From Candidatus Wirthbacteria bacterium (lineage in GTDB: Bacteria; Patescibacteriota; CG2-30-54-11), in contig CAISZI010000008.1 of the NCBI GenBank assembly GCA_903889905.1, forward strand, positions 40,766 to 104,765: DNA of 64,000 nt, in the 5' to 3' direction. Shown here piece by piece: positions 19,775 to 30,643 of this stretch; position 1 is the first letter of the stretch, and each line of letters opens with the position of its first letter. Made by a program: the position numbers and the translations under genes. The notes beneath the pieces were generated by a model that saw only the letters and a list, made by a program, of their open reading frames with translations, had not been told where the DNA came from and did no database searches.

Positions 19775-21712
19775 TTAAGCACTTGCCGTTTTTACCGGGT
19801 CAGCTGGATCTGTTTGCACTGTGTCCTTGACTGGAGGCAATTTTGCTTCTTCCTTTTTTTTGGGGATGTCCGCAAAAAATTCCTCGAATTGTTTGCCATC
19901 CAGAATTTCCTTGTCCAGCAACGCAACCGCAATAGTATCCAGGCGTTTACGTTCCTGATGGATAATCGCCAAAGCTTTGTTGTAACAGTCTTTCATGATT
20001 TTGCGCACTTCGACGTCAATCTCTTTGGCCACTTCTTCGCTGTAGTCGCGCTGGGTCATCAGATCCTTACCCAGGAAAACTTCCTGGTGGTCAGAACCAT
20101 AGGTTTGGGCACCCAATTTGTCGCTCATACCGAATTCTGTGACCATTTTACGGGCCAGGCTGGTGGCACGTTTGAGGTCATCACTAGCACCCGTCGAGAC
20201 GTCTTCAAAGACAACACTTTCGGTGGCGTGTCCAGCCAGCACCGCAGCGATCAAATCCAGGAATTGCAATTTGGTCCAGTTGCCACGGTCTTCTTCGGGC
20301 AAAAAGCGGGTGTAACCACCGGCCATGCCACGCGCAATGATTGAAATTTTGTGTACCGGATCGGCGTGTGGCAGCATGCGGGCGACCAGGGCGTGTCCAG
20401 ATTCATGATAAGCCGTTAACTTTTTCTGGCGCTCGGTGACCAGTTTGGATTTGCGTTCCGGGCCGGCCAGGACGCGATCAATCGCTTCTTCGATTTCGGA
20501 TTTACCAACTTCTTTTTTGTTGCGACGGGCGGTCAGGATGGCGGCTTCATTCATGACATTTTCAAGGTCAGCGCCACTAAAACCGCTGGTTTGCTTGGCA
20601 ACGACTTCAAGGTTGACATCAGGACCCATGGGTTTGCCACGGGCATGAATGCGCAAAATCGCTTCACGGCCACGCATATCGGCGCGGTCTACCAGCACCT
20701 GCCGGTCAAAGCGGCCAGGACGCAGCAAGGCCGGATCGAGCACGTCGGGCCGGTTAGTGGCCGCCATGACAATCACGTTGGTATTGTTGTCAAAACCATC
20801 CATCTCAACCAGAATCTGGTTCAGAGTTTGCTCACGTTCATCGTGTCCGCCGCCCAAGCCAGCGCCACGATGGCGACCGACCGCGTCCAGTTCGTCAACA
20901 AAGACGATACAGGGCGAACTTTTCTTGGCAGTTTCAAACAGGTCACGCACACGGGAGGCACCCACGCCCACAAACATTTCAACAAATTCAGAACCACTGA
21001 TCGAGAAAAACGGCACGCGTGCTTCGCCGGCAACGGCACGGGCAAGCAATGTTTTACCTGTACCCGGCGGTCCGACGAGCAACACACCTTTGGGAATGCG
21101 GGCACCCAGGCTGGTGAATTTCTTGGGATTTTTCAAAAATTCGACAATTTCCTTCAGCTCTTCCTTGGCTTCTTCAAGCGCGGCAACATCGTCAAAAGTG
21201 GTCACTTTCTTTTTGGGTGCGCCATCTTTGCCTTCCTCAGCGCCTTCTTCCTGGAACAGCTTGGCTTTGCTGCGGCCAAACGAGAACGCGCCACCCTGAC
21301 CGCCACCGCCCGAAGCCTGACGCATCATGAAAAGGAAAAAGCCAATAATCAGGACTGACGGCAAAAACGCCGTGAGCAGATCCATAATCACGGTGCTTAC
21401 CTGATTGTTTTTGACCGTGACACCCGCTTTACCCAAATCCACCTGCTGCCCCGAAAGCAGCGTCATGAAATCGGTCGTGCTGGTGACATTGGTCTGGACA
21501 GCCTGACTCCCTTCTTTGAGTGTGGCTTTGACCGTGGTGCCATCAATGATGACCTCCGTGGTGCTGCCCGCTTTGATGTCAGCAATCATTTCACTGACGC
21601 TGATCGTTTTGACCGAGCTCGAAGGTGGAGTAATCACGGCATAGAGGAAGACAACAGCGATCACGGTCAGGATAATCAACCCCAAGTTATTGCGAAGCCA
21701 TTTACGCGACAT
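19775..21712 (-). CDS. ftsH: ATP-dependent zinc metalloprotease FtsH
   Basis: Two TMs, [30 protein letters not shown]. Confidence 0.98.
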   Translation of the reverse strand: MSRKWLRNNLGLIILTVIAVVFLYAVITPPSSSVKTISVSEMIADIKAGSTTEVIIDGTTVKATLKEGSQAVQTNVTSTTDFMTLLSGQQVDLGKAGVTVKNNQVSTVIMDLLTAFLPSVLIIGFFLFMMRQASGGGGQGGAFSFGRSKAKLFQEEGAEEGKDGAPKKKVTTFDDVAALEEAKEELKEIVEFLKNPKKFTSLGARIPKGVLLVGPPGTGKTLLARAVAGEARVPFFSISGSEFVEMFVGVGASRVRDLFETAKKSSPCIVFVDELDAVGRHRGAGLGGGHDEREQTLNQILVEMDGFDNNTNVIVMAATNRPDVLDPALLRPGRFDRQVLVDRADMRGREAILRIHARGKPMGPDVNLEVVAKQTSGFSGADLENVMNEAAILTARRNKKEVGKSEIEEAIDRVLAGPERKSKLVTERQKKLTAYHESGHALVARMLPHADPVHKISIIARGMAGGYTRFLPEEDRGNWTKLQFLDLIAAVLAGHATESVVFEDVSTGASDDLKRATSLARKMVTEFGMSDKLGAQTYGSDHQEVFLGKDLMTQRDYSEEVAKEIDVEVRKIMKDCYNKALAIIHQERKRLDTIAVALLDKEILDGKQFEEFFADIPKKKEEAKLPPVKDTVQTDPADPVKTASA

Positions 21713-21814
21713 GACAAGTTCCTTCCATCAATTTGTTGCTTAAATAACAGGAAAACCTGCGTCGACATTGTACGTCATTCGCAGGTTCCCTGAAAGCATC
21801 ACTTGGTAACACAT

Positions 21815-23377
21815 TTAGGTGTGGTTCTCAGCCGCTTTTTTGATCTTGTCGGCAGAGGCCATGCGGATGCCGGGAATAAGGGAAAGTTCTGCAACCGACG
21901 AGCTGGCAACTTTGACAATGGAATTGTAACCAGCGTCAAACAGTTTGCCGGCAACCACTTCACCCACGCCATCGAGCAGCATCAATTCCTTGATCGCGGT
22001 TTGCTTGTCTTCGTCGCTGGGCTTGGCTTTTTCTGGAATTGCGGCTTTGGCTTTGGGCTTGGGAGCTTCTTCAGCTTTCACTTCGGCAACGACTGGTTCC
22101 ACAGCTTTGACAACAGGTTCGGCTGCGACAGCGGCTACGGGAGCAGCTGCTTTGGCTTCCACAGGAGTTTCGGCTTTGGCGTCGACGGGTTTGTCCTTGG
22201 CTTCGTCTTTGTCCTCGGATTCCGGGAACAAATCCGGATTGGCTTGCCTGTAGCTCAGGCCCAGGCGTTGATTGTCACGATCGAGCAGGATGATTTTAAA
22301 CTTGGCTTCCTGGCCTTCTTGCAAAACATCAGCGGGATCTTTGACATGGAACGGAGAAAGTTCGGAGATATGAACCAGACCATCGAATCCGGCTTCGAGC
22401 TGCACGAATGCGCCGTAATCCACGATCTTGGTCACAATGCCCTTGATCACCTGGCCCATTTGATACTTGGACGAAAGTTTGATCCAGGGATTGTCGCTGA
22501 GCTGTTTCATGCTGAGCGAGACGCGACGGCCGCCTTCATCGATACCAATGACTTTGACTTCCACGGTCTGGCCAACTTTGACAATGTCGCCAGGGTGGTT
22601 GACACGATCCCAGGACATTTCGGAAATATGTACGAGGCCGCTCGCTTTACCCAAATCGACAAACACACCAAAGTCCTTGATGGCGACCACTTTGCCACTC
22701 ACGCCATCGCCCACCTTGAAGTCCAGATCTTCCAGGGGTTCGAAACCCTTGGTACGCTGCAGGAGCACGCGTTCAGAGAGGATCAAACGATTGGTACCAC
22801 GTTCGTATTCAATAATCTGGGTGTCAAAACCCTGACCAATGAACTGCGTCAGATACGCAATCGCGGCATCTGCAAAACCGGGGCCTTTCTGGATGTTGCT
22901 GGGGTAATGCGTGGGGCCAAGCTGTGAAATTGGCACAAAACCCTGCAGACCTTCAGCGTTGACGATCAGGCCGCCCTTGTTGGGTTGGACAATCGTCACC
23001 TTGACCGGAGATTTGTCCTCGAAACGGTCTTTCATTTCACGCCATTTGCGTTCGGCGCGGGCACGGCGGATCGAGAGGATCGCACGGCCTTCTTCGTCTT
23101 CGGGGATAAGCACAATGGCGAGGATTTTGCCACCAATGGAGATGTCATCATCCATGGAAGAATCCACGAGCTCCTTGCCCTGGACAATACCTTCTGCTTT
23201 ACCGCCGAAATCAACCAGGGCTTCCCCTTTGTTCATCCCGACGACCACCCCTTCGATCACCTCACCGACATCGGGTGTTTGGGTGGTTTTGGTTTGCTGC
23301 AACAGGTCAGCAAATACCTTATAGCTAGCTTCACTGGCTTTGAGGCCAGCGCCAGCCTTGGCAACTGATAGAGACAT
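21815..23377 (-). CDS. rpsA: 30S ribosomal protein S1 (four S1 domains) with C-terminal linker and HhH domain
   Basis: Repeated FGVFVDLG/GLVHISE motifs; GGAGG RBS 8 nt before ATG 23377; C-terminal LDGVGEVVAGKL...IPGI. Confidence 0.9.
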   Translation of the reverse strand: MSLSVAKAGAGLKASEASYKVFADLLQQTKTTQTPDVGEVIEGVVVGMNKGEALVDFGGKAEGIVQGKELVDSSMDDDISIGGKILAIVLIPEDEEGRAILSIRRARAERKWREMKDRFEDKSPVKVTIVQPNKGGLIVNAEGLQGFVPISQLGPTHYPSNIQKGPGFADAAIAYLTQFIGQGFDTQIIEYERGTNRLILSERVLLQRTKGFEPLEDLDFKVGDGVSGKVVAIKDFGVFVDLGKASGLVHISEMSWDRVNHPGDIVKVGQTVEVKVIGIDEGGRRVSLSMKQLSDNPWIKLSSKYQMGQVIKGIVTKIVDYGAFVQLEAGFDGLVHISELSPFHVKDPADVLQEGQEAKFKIILLDRDNQRLGLSYRQANPDLFPESEDKDEAKDKPVDAKAETPVEAKAAAPVAAVAAEPVVKAVEPVVAEVKAEEAPKPKAKAAIPEKAKPSDEDKQTAIKELMLLDGVGEVVAGKLFDAGYNSIVKVASSSVAELSLIPGIRMASADKIKKAAENHT

Positions 23378-23441
23378 AACACTATCCTCCTTGTTCACAA
23401 GATGCGAAGAGTATAACTGGTAATATCCAACTTGTGAAGAG

Positions 23442-24062
23442 CTATTCCCAAATCACAGCGTTACCGATCAGTTGTAAAAATGTCCAATCCACATCATCGT
23501 AGACAATATGGCTAAAATCCATTCCAGGCCTCAACTTCAATAGAAACGTTGAATTTCCGCGGGAATCACGCGCACTGACACTACCGACAATCAGTTGTTC
23601 TCCCATTCTTTCTACCAAGTTCAGAGCCAACACCCACGTAATTTTCATATAATTTTCCCAAACCCGGCCATCCGAGTGTCCATGCGACTGATCCAAAGAT
23701 TCCACCATGGCATCGACTTCAGGAACTAAATGAATCGCTTGATTCCGTCTCAGGGATGCAACAATCGGGTATAGCTGAGCTCCAACATATCTCAAAAAAT
23801 CTATCATTACCGCTTTTTCCAAATGACTTCCTTCTTGCTTATTCCCAAACAGGACATCAAACCATTCCCGCATTTCTCGGCCAGAAAAATAGCGTAAATC
23901 AGACGTTGCATCACTCTCCTCTAAAAACAATTCGTCAGCATGACTACGCTGCCGTGCAACCTCGAGCAAAGCAGGGTCATTAAGCAAAAGTTTTAGGATG
24001 CCTTGAGTCTGATCACATTCGGCAACAATCTCAGCGGCGGCCTGTTCAAAAAAAGTCGGCAT
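23442..24062 (-). CDS. hypothetical protein
   Basis: 206-aa ATG ORF filling the gap; no recognised motif. Confidence 0.6.
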   Translation of the reverse strand: MPTFFEQAAAEIVAECDQTQGILKLLLNDPALLEVARQRSHADELFLEESDATSDLRYFSGREMREWFDVLFGNKQEGSHLEKAVMIDFLRYVGAQLYPIVASLRRNQAIHLVPEVDAMVESLDQSHGHSDGRVWENYMKITWVLALNLVERMGEQLIVGSVSARDSRGNSTFLLKLRPGMDFSHIVYDDVDWTFLQLIGNAVIWE

Positions 24063-24144
24063 TAGACATCCATTAGACTCAACATTATAATTTCAATCAG
24101 GTTTTCCAGTATACCATCAATTTCGTATCAATAAAGGCACCAAC

Positions 24145-25038
24145 ATGGACCCGATCCGCTGGACCCAAGTCACTCTCCAGGCCGAAATCGAGGGCGTGGA
24201 AACGATCAAAGCCATTCTGCTCCGCCGTGGTTTTGGCGAAGTCTTAGTCACACGGACCTTCAACGAACAAGGCATGCGCTGGTTCGAAGCACAAACTTTT
24301 TTTGTGCAGGATGATGGCCAGAAAGAACACAGGCAAAAGCTGGAAGAAGATCTCTGGCACTTGCGCGCTTTCAACCTTTGTGCCATTTCTGAGCTCCAAA
24401 CCGAAACCGTACTTACCTTACCCGACCGCGATCAACGTCAGTATCTGAGCGACGTTTGCTATGTCACTGACAAAGTAGCCGTGATTGCCGCCGACTACCA
24501 TGGCAAATTGCCGGCGATCAAAATCCCGATTTTCCAGCACCTCAGCGATGCTTTTGGCACGGGATTACATCCTTCGACAGTACTTGCCATGCTGGCGCTG
24601 GAAAAGCACCTGGAATTAGGCCAGACCGTCATGGATGTCGGCACCGGCACAGGTATTCTCGCCTTTGCGGCGGCCAAAATGGGCGCAAGCCAGGTGGACG
24701 CGATTGACCTTAGCCCCGAAGCGATTGCCGAAGCCAAACGCAACCTGACACTCAATTGCACCTTAGCGGTCCCGCTGGATATCCGTTTTTGGCGTGCCAC
24801 AGCCGCTGAATTGGTCGGCCAATACGATCTGGTGGTGGCCAATATCCCCTTTCCCAGTCTGATGCGTAGTGCCAACCACCTGACCAAAGCAGTACTCCCC
24901 CAGGGAAAACTGATCCTAAGTGGCTTCCTGGCACAGGAAAAAATTGAGATCACAAATACCTATCAGGCATTCAGCCTTGAAAAAATTGACGAAATAGACG
25001 ATAATCAATGGATAACGCAGATTTTCATCAAGCGTTGA
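24145..25038 (+). CDS. prmA: ribosomal protein L11 methyltransferase
   Basis: AFGTGLHPST, VMDVGTGTGIL, YDLVVANI, LILSG. Confidence 0.85.
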   Translation: MDPIRWTQVTLQAEIEGVETIKAILLRRGFGEVLVTRTFNEQGMRWFEAQTFFVQDDGQKEHRQKLEEDLWHLRAFNLCAISELQTETVLTLPDRDQRQYLSDVCYVTDKVAVIAADYHGKLPAIKIPIFQHLSDAFGTGLHPSTVLAMLALEKHLELGQTVMDVGTGTGILAFAAAKMGASQVDAIDLSPEAIAEAKRNLTLNCTLAVPLDIRFWRATAAELVGQYDLVVANIPFPSLMRSANHLTKAVLPQGKLILSGFLAQEKIEITNTYQAFSLEKIDEIDDNQWITQIFIKR

Positions 25039-25077
25039 TCACCCCAAACACAAACCAAAATTAGGAGCAGCGACAAA

Positions 25078-26865
25078 GTGGTCGCCAAAAACAAAAGTCT
25101 GGAAGAAACGCTACTTGGCCTGGGCATCATCACGCCTGAGCAGATGGCGGAAATACGCAAAAAAATGGCCGTGGAAAACAAAACTGCGCGCCAGGTGATT
25201 TTGGCGATGAATTTGACCAACGAAGAAATCCTGGCCAAAACCGAAGCCATTTTACTCGACGTACCCTTTATTAATCTCGAAAAAGCCAAAATTCCGCTTG
25301 AAATTCTGAAGCTGATTCCTGAACGAATCTCCAAAACCTACGACACCGTGGCCTTTTTCAAAGGTGACGACAATACACTCAAAGTCGCGATGAGCAACCC
25401 CGCCGACTTTCAGGCGATTGAATTCCTGGAAAAGAAAATTGGCATGGTGATTGAGCCCTACATGGCGCTGCCTGAGCACATTCATGTCATCCAGAGTGAA
25501 TATCATGCCCTCGGCAGCGAAGTCAGCAAGGCGCTCGCCGATGTTGAAGAAACCGCTGTCGACATTACAGCGACGACCGCGACCAGTGCTTCTGAAGCCG
25601 AAGCCACGGGCATGACCGATGACATTGGGGACGCTCCTGTCGCCCGTGTCGTCAATACGATCTTGGAATTTGCCATCAAAAACAAAGCCTCTGACATCCA
25701 TATTGAAGCGCTTGAAAACAAAACCCGCGTCCGTTACCGCGTTGACGGCATTATGAGCGAAGCCCTGACCTTGCCCAAGCAGGTCCACCCGGCCGTCGTT
25801 TCCCGCATCAAAATCATGTCCCGCCTCAAAATTGACGAAAAACGCGTCCCGCAGGACGGTCGTTTCCGCGTCACCATCCATGGCAAAGACAATGACCTGC
25901 GTGTCTCGACCCTGCCAACCATTTTTGGTGAAAAAATCGTCATGCGCGTCCTGGACCGCTCGACATCGGCGCCTACCCTGGAACAGCTGGGCTACCGCGG
26001 TCAGGCGCTCAAGACGATTGAGGAAAACATCAAACGGCCACACGGCTTGATTCTCACCACTGGCCCTACCGGCAGCGGTAAATCAACTTCGCTGTTTTCC
26101 GTGCTGACCCAACTCAATACCGGACTCGTCAATACCATTACACTCGAAGACCCGGTTGAATACTGGATCTCGGGGGTAAACCAGGTACAGATCAACGTCC
26201 AGGCTGGACTAACCTTTGCGGCTGGCCTCCGCGCCGTCCTGCGTCAGGACCCCAACATCATCATGGTTGGAGAAATTCGCGACCAGGAAACAGCCGAAAT
26301 GGCCATTCATGCGGCGCTTACCGGTCACCTGGTCGTTTCAACCTTGCACACCAACAGTGCGGCCGGCGCCATTCCCCGCTTTCTGGACATGGGTGTCGAA
26401 CCATTCCTGCTCGCGTCCTCGCTCAAAGTGGTCATTGGTCAGCGTCTCTGCCGCAAAATCTGCCCGGACTGCCTGGAAAGCTATGAAGCCAGCAAAGAAC
26501 TCGAAAAAACCGTGCGCACGGTGCTGCCGGAATTATTTGATCTCAAACATCCCATCCACGACGACATTTTTAAATGGTATCCCAAAATTCCCAAAGACAT
26601 TGGCAAAAAATCGATCTCACTCGTCCGTGGTACGGGTTGTGACACCTGTAACCACATTGGCTACCAGGGCCGGCTGGGTGTTTACGAAGTCATGGAAATT
26701 ACCGATTCGATGGCCCAGCTCGCGCTCAAGAATGTCTCGGAATTCGATTTGCTGGACCATGCCAAAAAAGAAACCCACATGCTCACCCTGCAGCAGGATT
26801 CCTACCTCAAGGCGCTCGAGGGTAAAACCACGCTCGAGGAAGCCATGCGCGTTGCCCAGAACTAG
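25078..26865 (+). CDS. pilB: type IV pilus assembly ATPase (GspE/PilB)
   Basis: ASDIHIE, PQDGR, TGPTGSGKS, TLEDPVE, LRQDPNIIMVGEIRD, tetra-Cys Zn motif. Confidence 0.95.
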   Translation: MVAKNKSLEETLLGLGIITPEQMAEIRKKMAVENKTARQVILAMNLTNEEILAKTEAILLDVPFINLEKAKIPLEILKLIPERISKTYDTVAFFKGDDNTLKVAMSNPADFQAIEFLEKKIGMVIEPYMALPEHIHVIQSEYHALGSEVSKALADVEETAVDITATTATSASEAEATGMTDDIGDAPVARVVNTILEFAIKNKASDIHIEALENKTRVRYRVDGIMSEALTLPKQVHPAVVSRIKIMSRLKIDEKRVPQDGRFRVTIHGKDNDLRVSTLPTIFGEKIVMRVLDRSTSAPTLEQLGYRGQALKTIEENIKRPHGLILTTGPTGSGKSTSLFSVLTQLNTGLVNTITLEDPVEYWISGVNQVQINVQAGLTFAAGLRAVLRQDPNIIMVGEIRDQETAEMAIHAALTGHLVVSTLHTNSAAGAIPRFLDMGVEPFLLASSLKVVIGQRLCRKICPDCLESYEASKELEKTVRTVLPELFDLKHPIHDDIFKWYPKIPKDIGKKSISLVRGTGCDTCNHIGYQGRLGVYEVMEITDSMAQLALKNVSEFDLLDHAKKETHMLTLQQDSYLKALEGKTTLEEAMRVAQN

Positions 26866-26927
26866 TGTTGTGGGACACCAAAAAATAGTATAATTACAAT
26901 TGGTTAACTAAAAGTTCGGAAAACAAA

Positions 26928-28145
26928 ATGGCAAAATATCAATACAAAGCGCGCGACGGCCAGGGAGCCATCAAATCCGGTGTGATTGATGCGATGAACA
27001 AAAACAGCGCCATTTCACAACTGCGGGACAAACAGTTCATCCCGCTCGAGATCAAAGAAAAAACCGGCGACATTGAAATTTTCAACAAGATCAAAGACGC
27101 GCTGGGCGTACCCATGAAAGACAAAGTCATCTTTACGCGACAGCTCGCTTCCATTATCAACGCCGGCATCACGCTGGTCGAAGCCCTGCAACTGATTCAG
27201 GACCAAACCAACAGCCGTCAACTCAAAAATATCATCGCCAAAGTGCTGGAAGACATTCAGGGTGGGCTAACCTTTGCCGACGCGCTCGCCAAATACCCGG
27301 ATGTTTTTTCCGACTTATTCATCAATATCGTCCGCGCCGGTGAAATCAGCGGTACGCTCGACACGTCACTCGAAAACCTGGCCGAACAGATGCAAAAAGA
27401 TGCCGCCGTCATGGGCAAAATTAAAGGCGCTATGACATTGCCCATTCTCGTGCTTATCGTCATCGTCGGGGTGATTATCCTGATGAGTGTGGCTGTCATC
27501 CCACAGCTCAGCGATTTGTTCAAAGAAGCTGGTGCATCTCTGCCCCTGCCGACGCAAATCATGATGGCCATGAGTGAAGTGCTGACGACACCACTCTACG
27601 ATCTCGCACTGGTGGCAATCATCGCGGTCAGCATTTTTTTGCTGACCAAATTCCTCAAAACCAAACGCGGTAAAGAAATCAAGGATACCGCAATTTTCAA
27701 AATGCCGGTTTTTGGCAGCCTGCAGAAACTGGTCATTTACACACGTCTTACCGGCGTCCTGGCGATGTTGCTCAAAAGTGGCGTGCCCCTGCTCAAGGCC
27801 ATGGATATTATTGCCGACCTGGTGGGCAATACGCTCTATACAAGAGCCCTGCACAAAGTAGCCAAGGAAGTGGAAAAAGGTGTTCCCCTCTCGCAAGCCA
27901 TCTCCCAGGATCCCCTTTTCCCCAATATGATTTCCCAAATGCTGAATATCGGCGAACAAACCGGTTCCATTGACAACATGCTGGAAAAAGTCTGCAAACT
28001 CTACGAAACCGATATGAGTAACCTCATCGGGAACCTCACCACTTTGCTCGAACCGATGCTGATGGTCATTATGGGTGGCGCTGTAGCGTTCATTGTCATG
28101 GCCGTGCTCATGCCTATTTACAACCTGGTAAATGTGATACAATAA
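26928..28145 (+). CDS. pilC: type IV pilus platform protein (GspF/PilC)
   Basis: FTRQLA, AGEISGTLD, IGEQTGSID, LLEP; three TMs. Confidence 0.95.
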   Translation: MAKYQYKARDGQGAIKSGVIDAMNKNSAISQLRDKQFIPLEIKEKTGDIEIFNKIKDALGVPMKDKVIFTRQLASIINAGITLVEALQLIQDQTNSRQLKNIIAKVLEDIQGGLTFADALAKYPDVFSDLFINIVRAGEISGTLDTSLENLAEQMQKDAAVMGKIKGAMTLPILVLIVIVGVIILMSVAVIPQLSDLFKEAGASLPLPTQIMMAMSEVLTTPLYDLALVAIIAVSIFLLTKFLKTKRGKEIKDTAIFKMPVFGSLQKLVIYTRLTGVLAMLLKSGVPLLKAMDIIADLVGNTLYTRALHKVAKEVEKGVPLSQAISQDPLFPNMISQMLNIGEQTGSIDNMLEKVCKLYETDMSNLIGNLTTLLEPMLMVIMGGAVAFIVMAVLMPIYNLVNVIQ

Positions 28146-28208
28146 TTTTTGATAATGTGCTATAATAAAAAGAAGTCGAAAAAATTAATTAATAAAAAAA
28201 ACCAAAAG

Positions 28209-28661
28209 ATGCCAAAATCAACTGAAAACAATGTTCAAGCAAATGTCTCCCTGCTGCATGTAACCCACGCACGGGGGTTTACGCTCATCGAACTGCTGGT
28301 GGTGATCGCCATCATTGGCGTGATGGCCGCCCTGGTTATTGTCAACCTAAGCACAGCCAATAAGAAATCGCGCGACGCACGGCGTAAAGCCGACCTCAGC
28401 GAAGTCCGCACAGCCATGGAATTGTACTATGATTCTTATTTGTCATACCCTCTAGCCCCGGCTACAGCTACCAACATTGCGGCACTTTCGAGCTATCTGA
28501 GCCCACAATACATTCAAAAACTACCTGTTGATCCCAAAAATACCGGATCCAATATCTATCTCTATACCATGCCGGCTGTTTCTCCCAGCTCTGCCGGTTA
28601 TCAGTTAAATGTGAGCCTTGAGAATGCGGCCACTCCCTATACGGTTTATGGTACCAATTAA
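28209..28661 (+). CDS. type IV pilin
   Basis: GFTLIELLVVIAIIG class III signal; KSRDARRKADL. Confidence 0.92.
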   Translation: MPKSTENNVQANVSLLHVTHARGFTLIELLVVIAIIGVMAALVIVNLSTANKKSRDARRKADLSEVRTAMELYYDSYLSYPLAPATATNIAALSSYLSPQYIQKLPVDPKNTGSNIYLYTMPAVSPSSAGYQLNVSLENAATPYTVYGTN

Positions 28662-28707
28662 TCTTCACATAAATTTATTATTTTTTCTCACGAAAGGAGA
28701 AAAACAA

Positions 28708-29127
28708 ATGAAGAGACAAAAAGGCTTCACCCTCATCGAACTCCTGGTGGTGATTGCTATCATTGGCGTGATGGCCGCCCTGGTCATCGTCAACCTCAGT
28801 ACAGCCAACAAAAAATCGCGCGATGCCCGCCGCAAGGCCGACCTCAGCGAAGTCCGCACAGCCATGGAACTGTATTTCGATGCCAATACAGGCTATCCTC
28901 CCCTGACGGTTTCGGGTGCGAATATCACCGGACTGTCCAGCTATCTTAGCCCGACCTACATCCAGACTTTGCCTCTCGACCCCAAAAATACGGCAACCGG
29001 TGGATTCATCTATACCTATACCATGCCAGCAGTCACGCCAAGCACGGCCGGGTATCAGATCAATGCCACCATGGAAAATCCTTCGGCCACGAACCCTTCT
29101 CCTTACTCGGTCTACGGTTCAAACTAA
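28708..29127 (+). CDS. type IV pilin (probable major pilin)
   Basis: AAGGAG RBS, MKRQKGFTLIELLVV, followed by a strong terminator. Confidence 0.93.
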   Translation: MKRQKGFTLIELLVVIAIIGVMAALVIVNLSTANKKSRDARRKADLSEVRTAMELYFDANTGYPPLTVSGANITGLSSYLSPTYIQTLPLDPKNTATGGFIYTYTMPAVTPSTAGYQINATMENPSATNPSPYSVYGSN

Positions 29128-29144
29128 GTCCTCCATCATGCATC

Positions 29145-29177
29145 AAAAAGTCCCGCCCGCCTGGGCGGGACTTTTTT
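29145..29177 (+). terminator. intrinsic terminator
   Basis: aaaaagtcccgcc-loop-ggcgggactttttt. Confidence 0.85.
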
Positions 29178-29213
29178 GATACACCCCTGCTTTCTCTTAC
29201 CAAAAACAACACC

Positions 29214-30044
29214 ATGCCTATTCCCTATTTTTTTGCCCTTTGTCTGGTTTTTTTGATCGGTGCCGCCATTGCCAGTTTTTTGTGTAACGTCGTTTACCGT
29301 TTGCTGCATCAGGAAAAATTTCTCAAAAACCGTTCCAAATGTGAACATTGTCAGCATTTTCTCGAACCCTGGGACCTGATCCCTGTCCTCAGTTTTGCCT
29401 GGCTCAGAGGCCGATGCCGGTATTGCCGTCAACCGATTCCAGCCAAGTATTGGCTGACAGAAATCATCACAGGTGTCATTTTTGTCATTAGTTTTGTCAC
29501 TGTTTTCCCCTCTATTGCAGCGGATTTCAACAACCCTGAACTCTATTTCAAGCTACTGTTTGAGTGGTGGAGCATCGGTATCCTGCTGTTTGTGGCGCTC
29601 TATGACATAGAGGCCATGATGGTCATCGAAGCAGTGGTCTGGATCGCTATCCTGGTGACGGCCATTTTCCGTATGCTGCTCCTGTCCTGGCAACCACTTG
29701 GCCCCAGTCTGGCAGCCTTTGCTTCCATGGCGGGCGTCGCAATTTTAAACGCCTTGTTTATCTGGACGATTGTGCTGATTTCCAAAGAACAAGGCATGGG
29801 CAAAGGTGACATCGGACTCGCCTTTCTGATTGGACTGATTGCCGGTTGGCCGGGTGCTGTGGCGAGCTTGCTGCTGGCTTTTGTCTCCGGCGCCACCGTG
29901 GGGTTAATGCTGATTGCCCTGCGCACCAAAACCCTGCGCCAGGTTATCCCTTTTGCGCCATTTCTCGCTTTTGGCGGAATTACCGCCATGTTGTTTGGTG
30001 AAGCGATCATCCGTTGGTATAGTCAAACCTTTTTGTTGTTTTAG
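29214..30044 (+). CDS. pilD: prepilin peptidase
   Basis: RSKCEHC...WDLIPVLSF...GRCRYC, MGKGD, IPFAPFL. Confidence 0.93.
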   Translation: MPIPYFFALCLVFLIGAAIASFLCNVVYRLLHQEKFLKNRSKCEHCQHFLEPWDLIPVLSFAWLRGRCRYCRQPIPAKYWLTEIITGVIFVISFVTVFPSIAADFNNPELYFKLLFEWWSIGILLFVALYDIEAMMVIEAVVWIAILVTAIFRMLLLSWQPLGPSLAAFASMAGVAILNALFIWTIVLISKEQGMGKGDIGLAFLIGLIAGWPGAVASLLLAFVSGATVGLMLIALRTKTLRQVIPFAPFLAFGGITAMLFGEAIIRWYSQTFLLF

Positions 30045-30046
30045 TC

Positions 30047-30631
30047 ATGCTCAACCTGCACCACAAGCATCAACAGCCATTTGCCTTTACCCTGATCGAA
30101 CTTCTGGTCGTCGTCAGTATTGTCATCCTGGTGTCGGTCATGATTTTGCCACGTCTGCAGCAACAAAACCTCCGTACCCGTGTCTCCAGCGGTGCCAACC
30201 AGATGCGCGCAGATCTCCGCAATGTTCGTGCCTGGGCCCAGGCCGTGCGCAACGGCACCCACGACGCCAGCAGTTTTAATAATCAGTTGGTTGCCTATGC
30301 CTTTCACGCCGACATCACCCCAGGTCAAAATTCCCAGTATTCGATCTGGGAAGTCTGGACCAATGCCAGCGGCCTTCTCGCCACCTACAGTCAGACACCG
30401 GATACACGCAGACACTACTATGCGCTGCCTGATAAAGTCGTCGTGAGCAGCATCACTCCCGTCAACCCTGACAACTCTGGCACAGTTGATATATACTTCC
30501 AGACGCCAACCGGGACTCCCGATACCCACTACACGACTTTTGATACCAATGGACGGGTTGTGATCAATCTCAACCTGAATAACAGCTATCCCCAAACGGT
30601 CACAATATCCTCCAACGGTGTTATTTTTTAA
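30047..30631 (+). CDS. minor pilin (FimT/GspH-like)
   Basis: AFTLIELLVVVSI. Confidence 0.8.
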   Translation: MLNLHHKHQQPFAFTLIELLVVVSIVILVSVMILPRLQQQNLRTRVSSGANQMRADLRNVRAWAQAVRNGTHDASSFNNQLVAYAFHADITPGQNSQYSIWEVWTNASGLLATYSQTPDTRRHYYALPDKVVVSSITPVNPDNSGTVDIYFQTPTGTPDTHYTTFDTNGRVVINLNLNNSYPQTVTISSNGVIF

Positions 30632-30643
30632 ACGCAAGCACGC

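Noticed and set aside
21753-21787. Hairpin between rpsA and ftsH as a firm terminator
   Set aside because: Large loop and only a short T-run, so not confident enough to call
18872-22927. Long plus-strand ORFs (490, 374, 255 aa), and similar ones at 12206 and 30041
   Set aside because: They are antisense shadows of polA, ftsH, rpsA, dnaG and pilin genes, with no recognisable motifs
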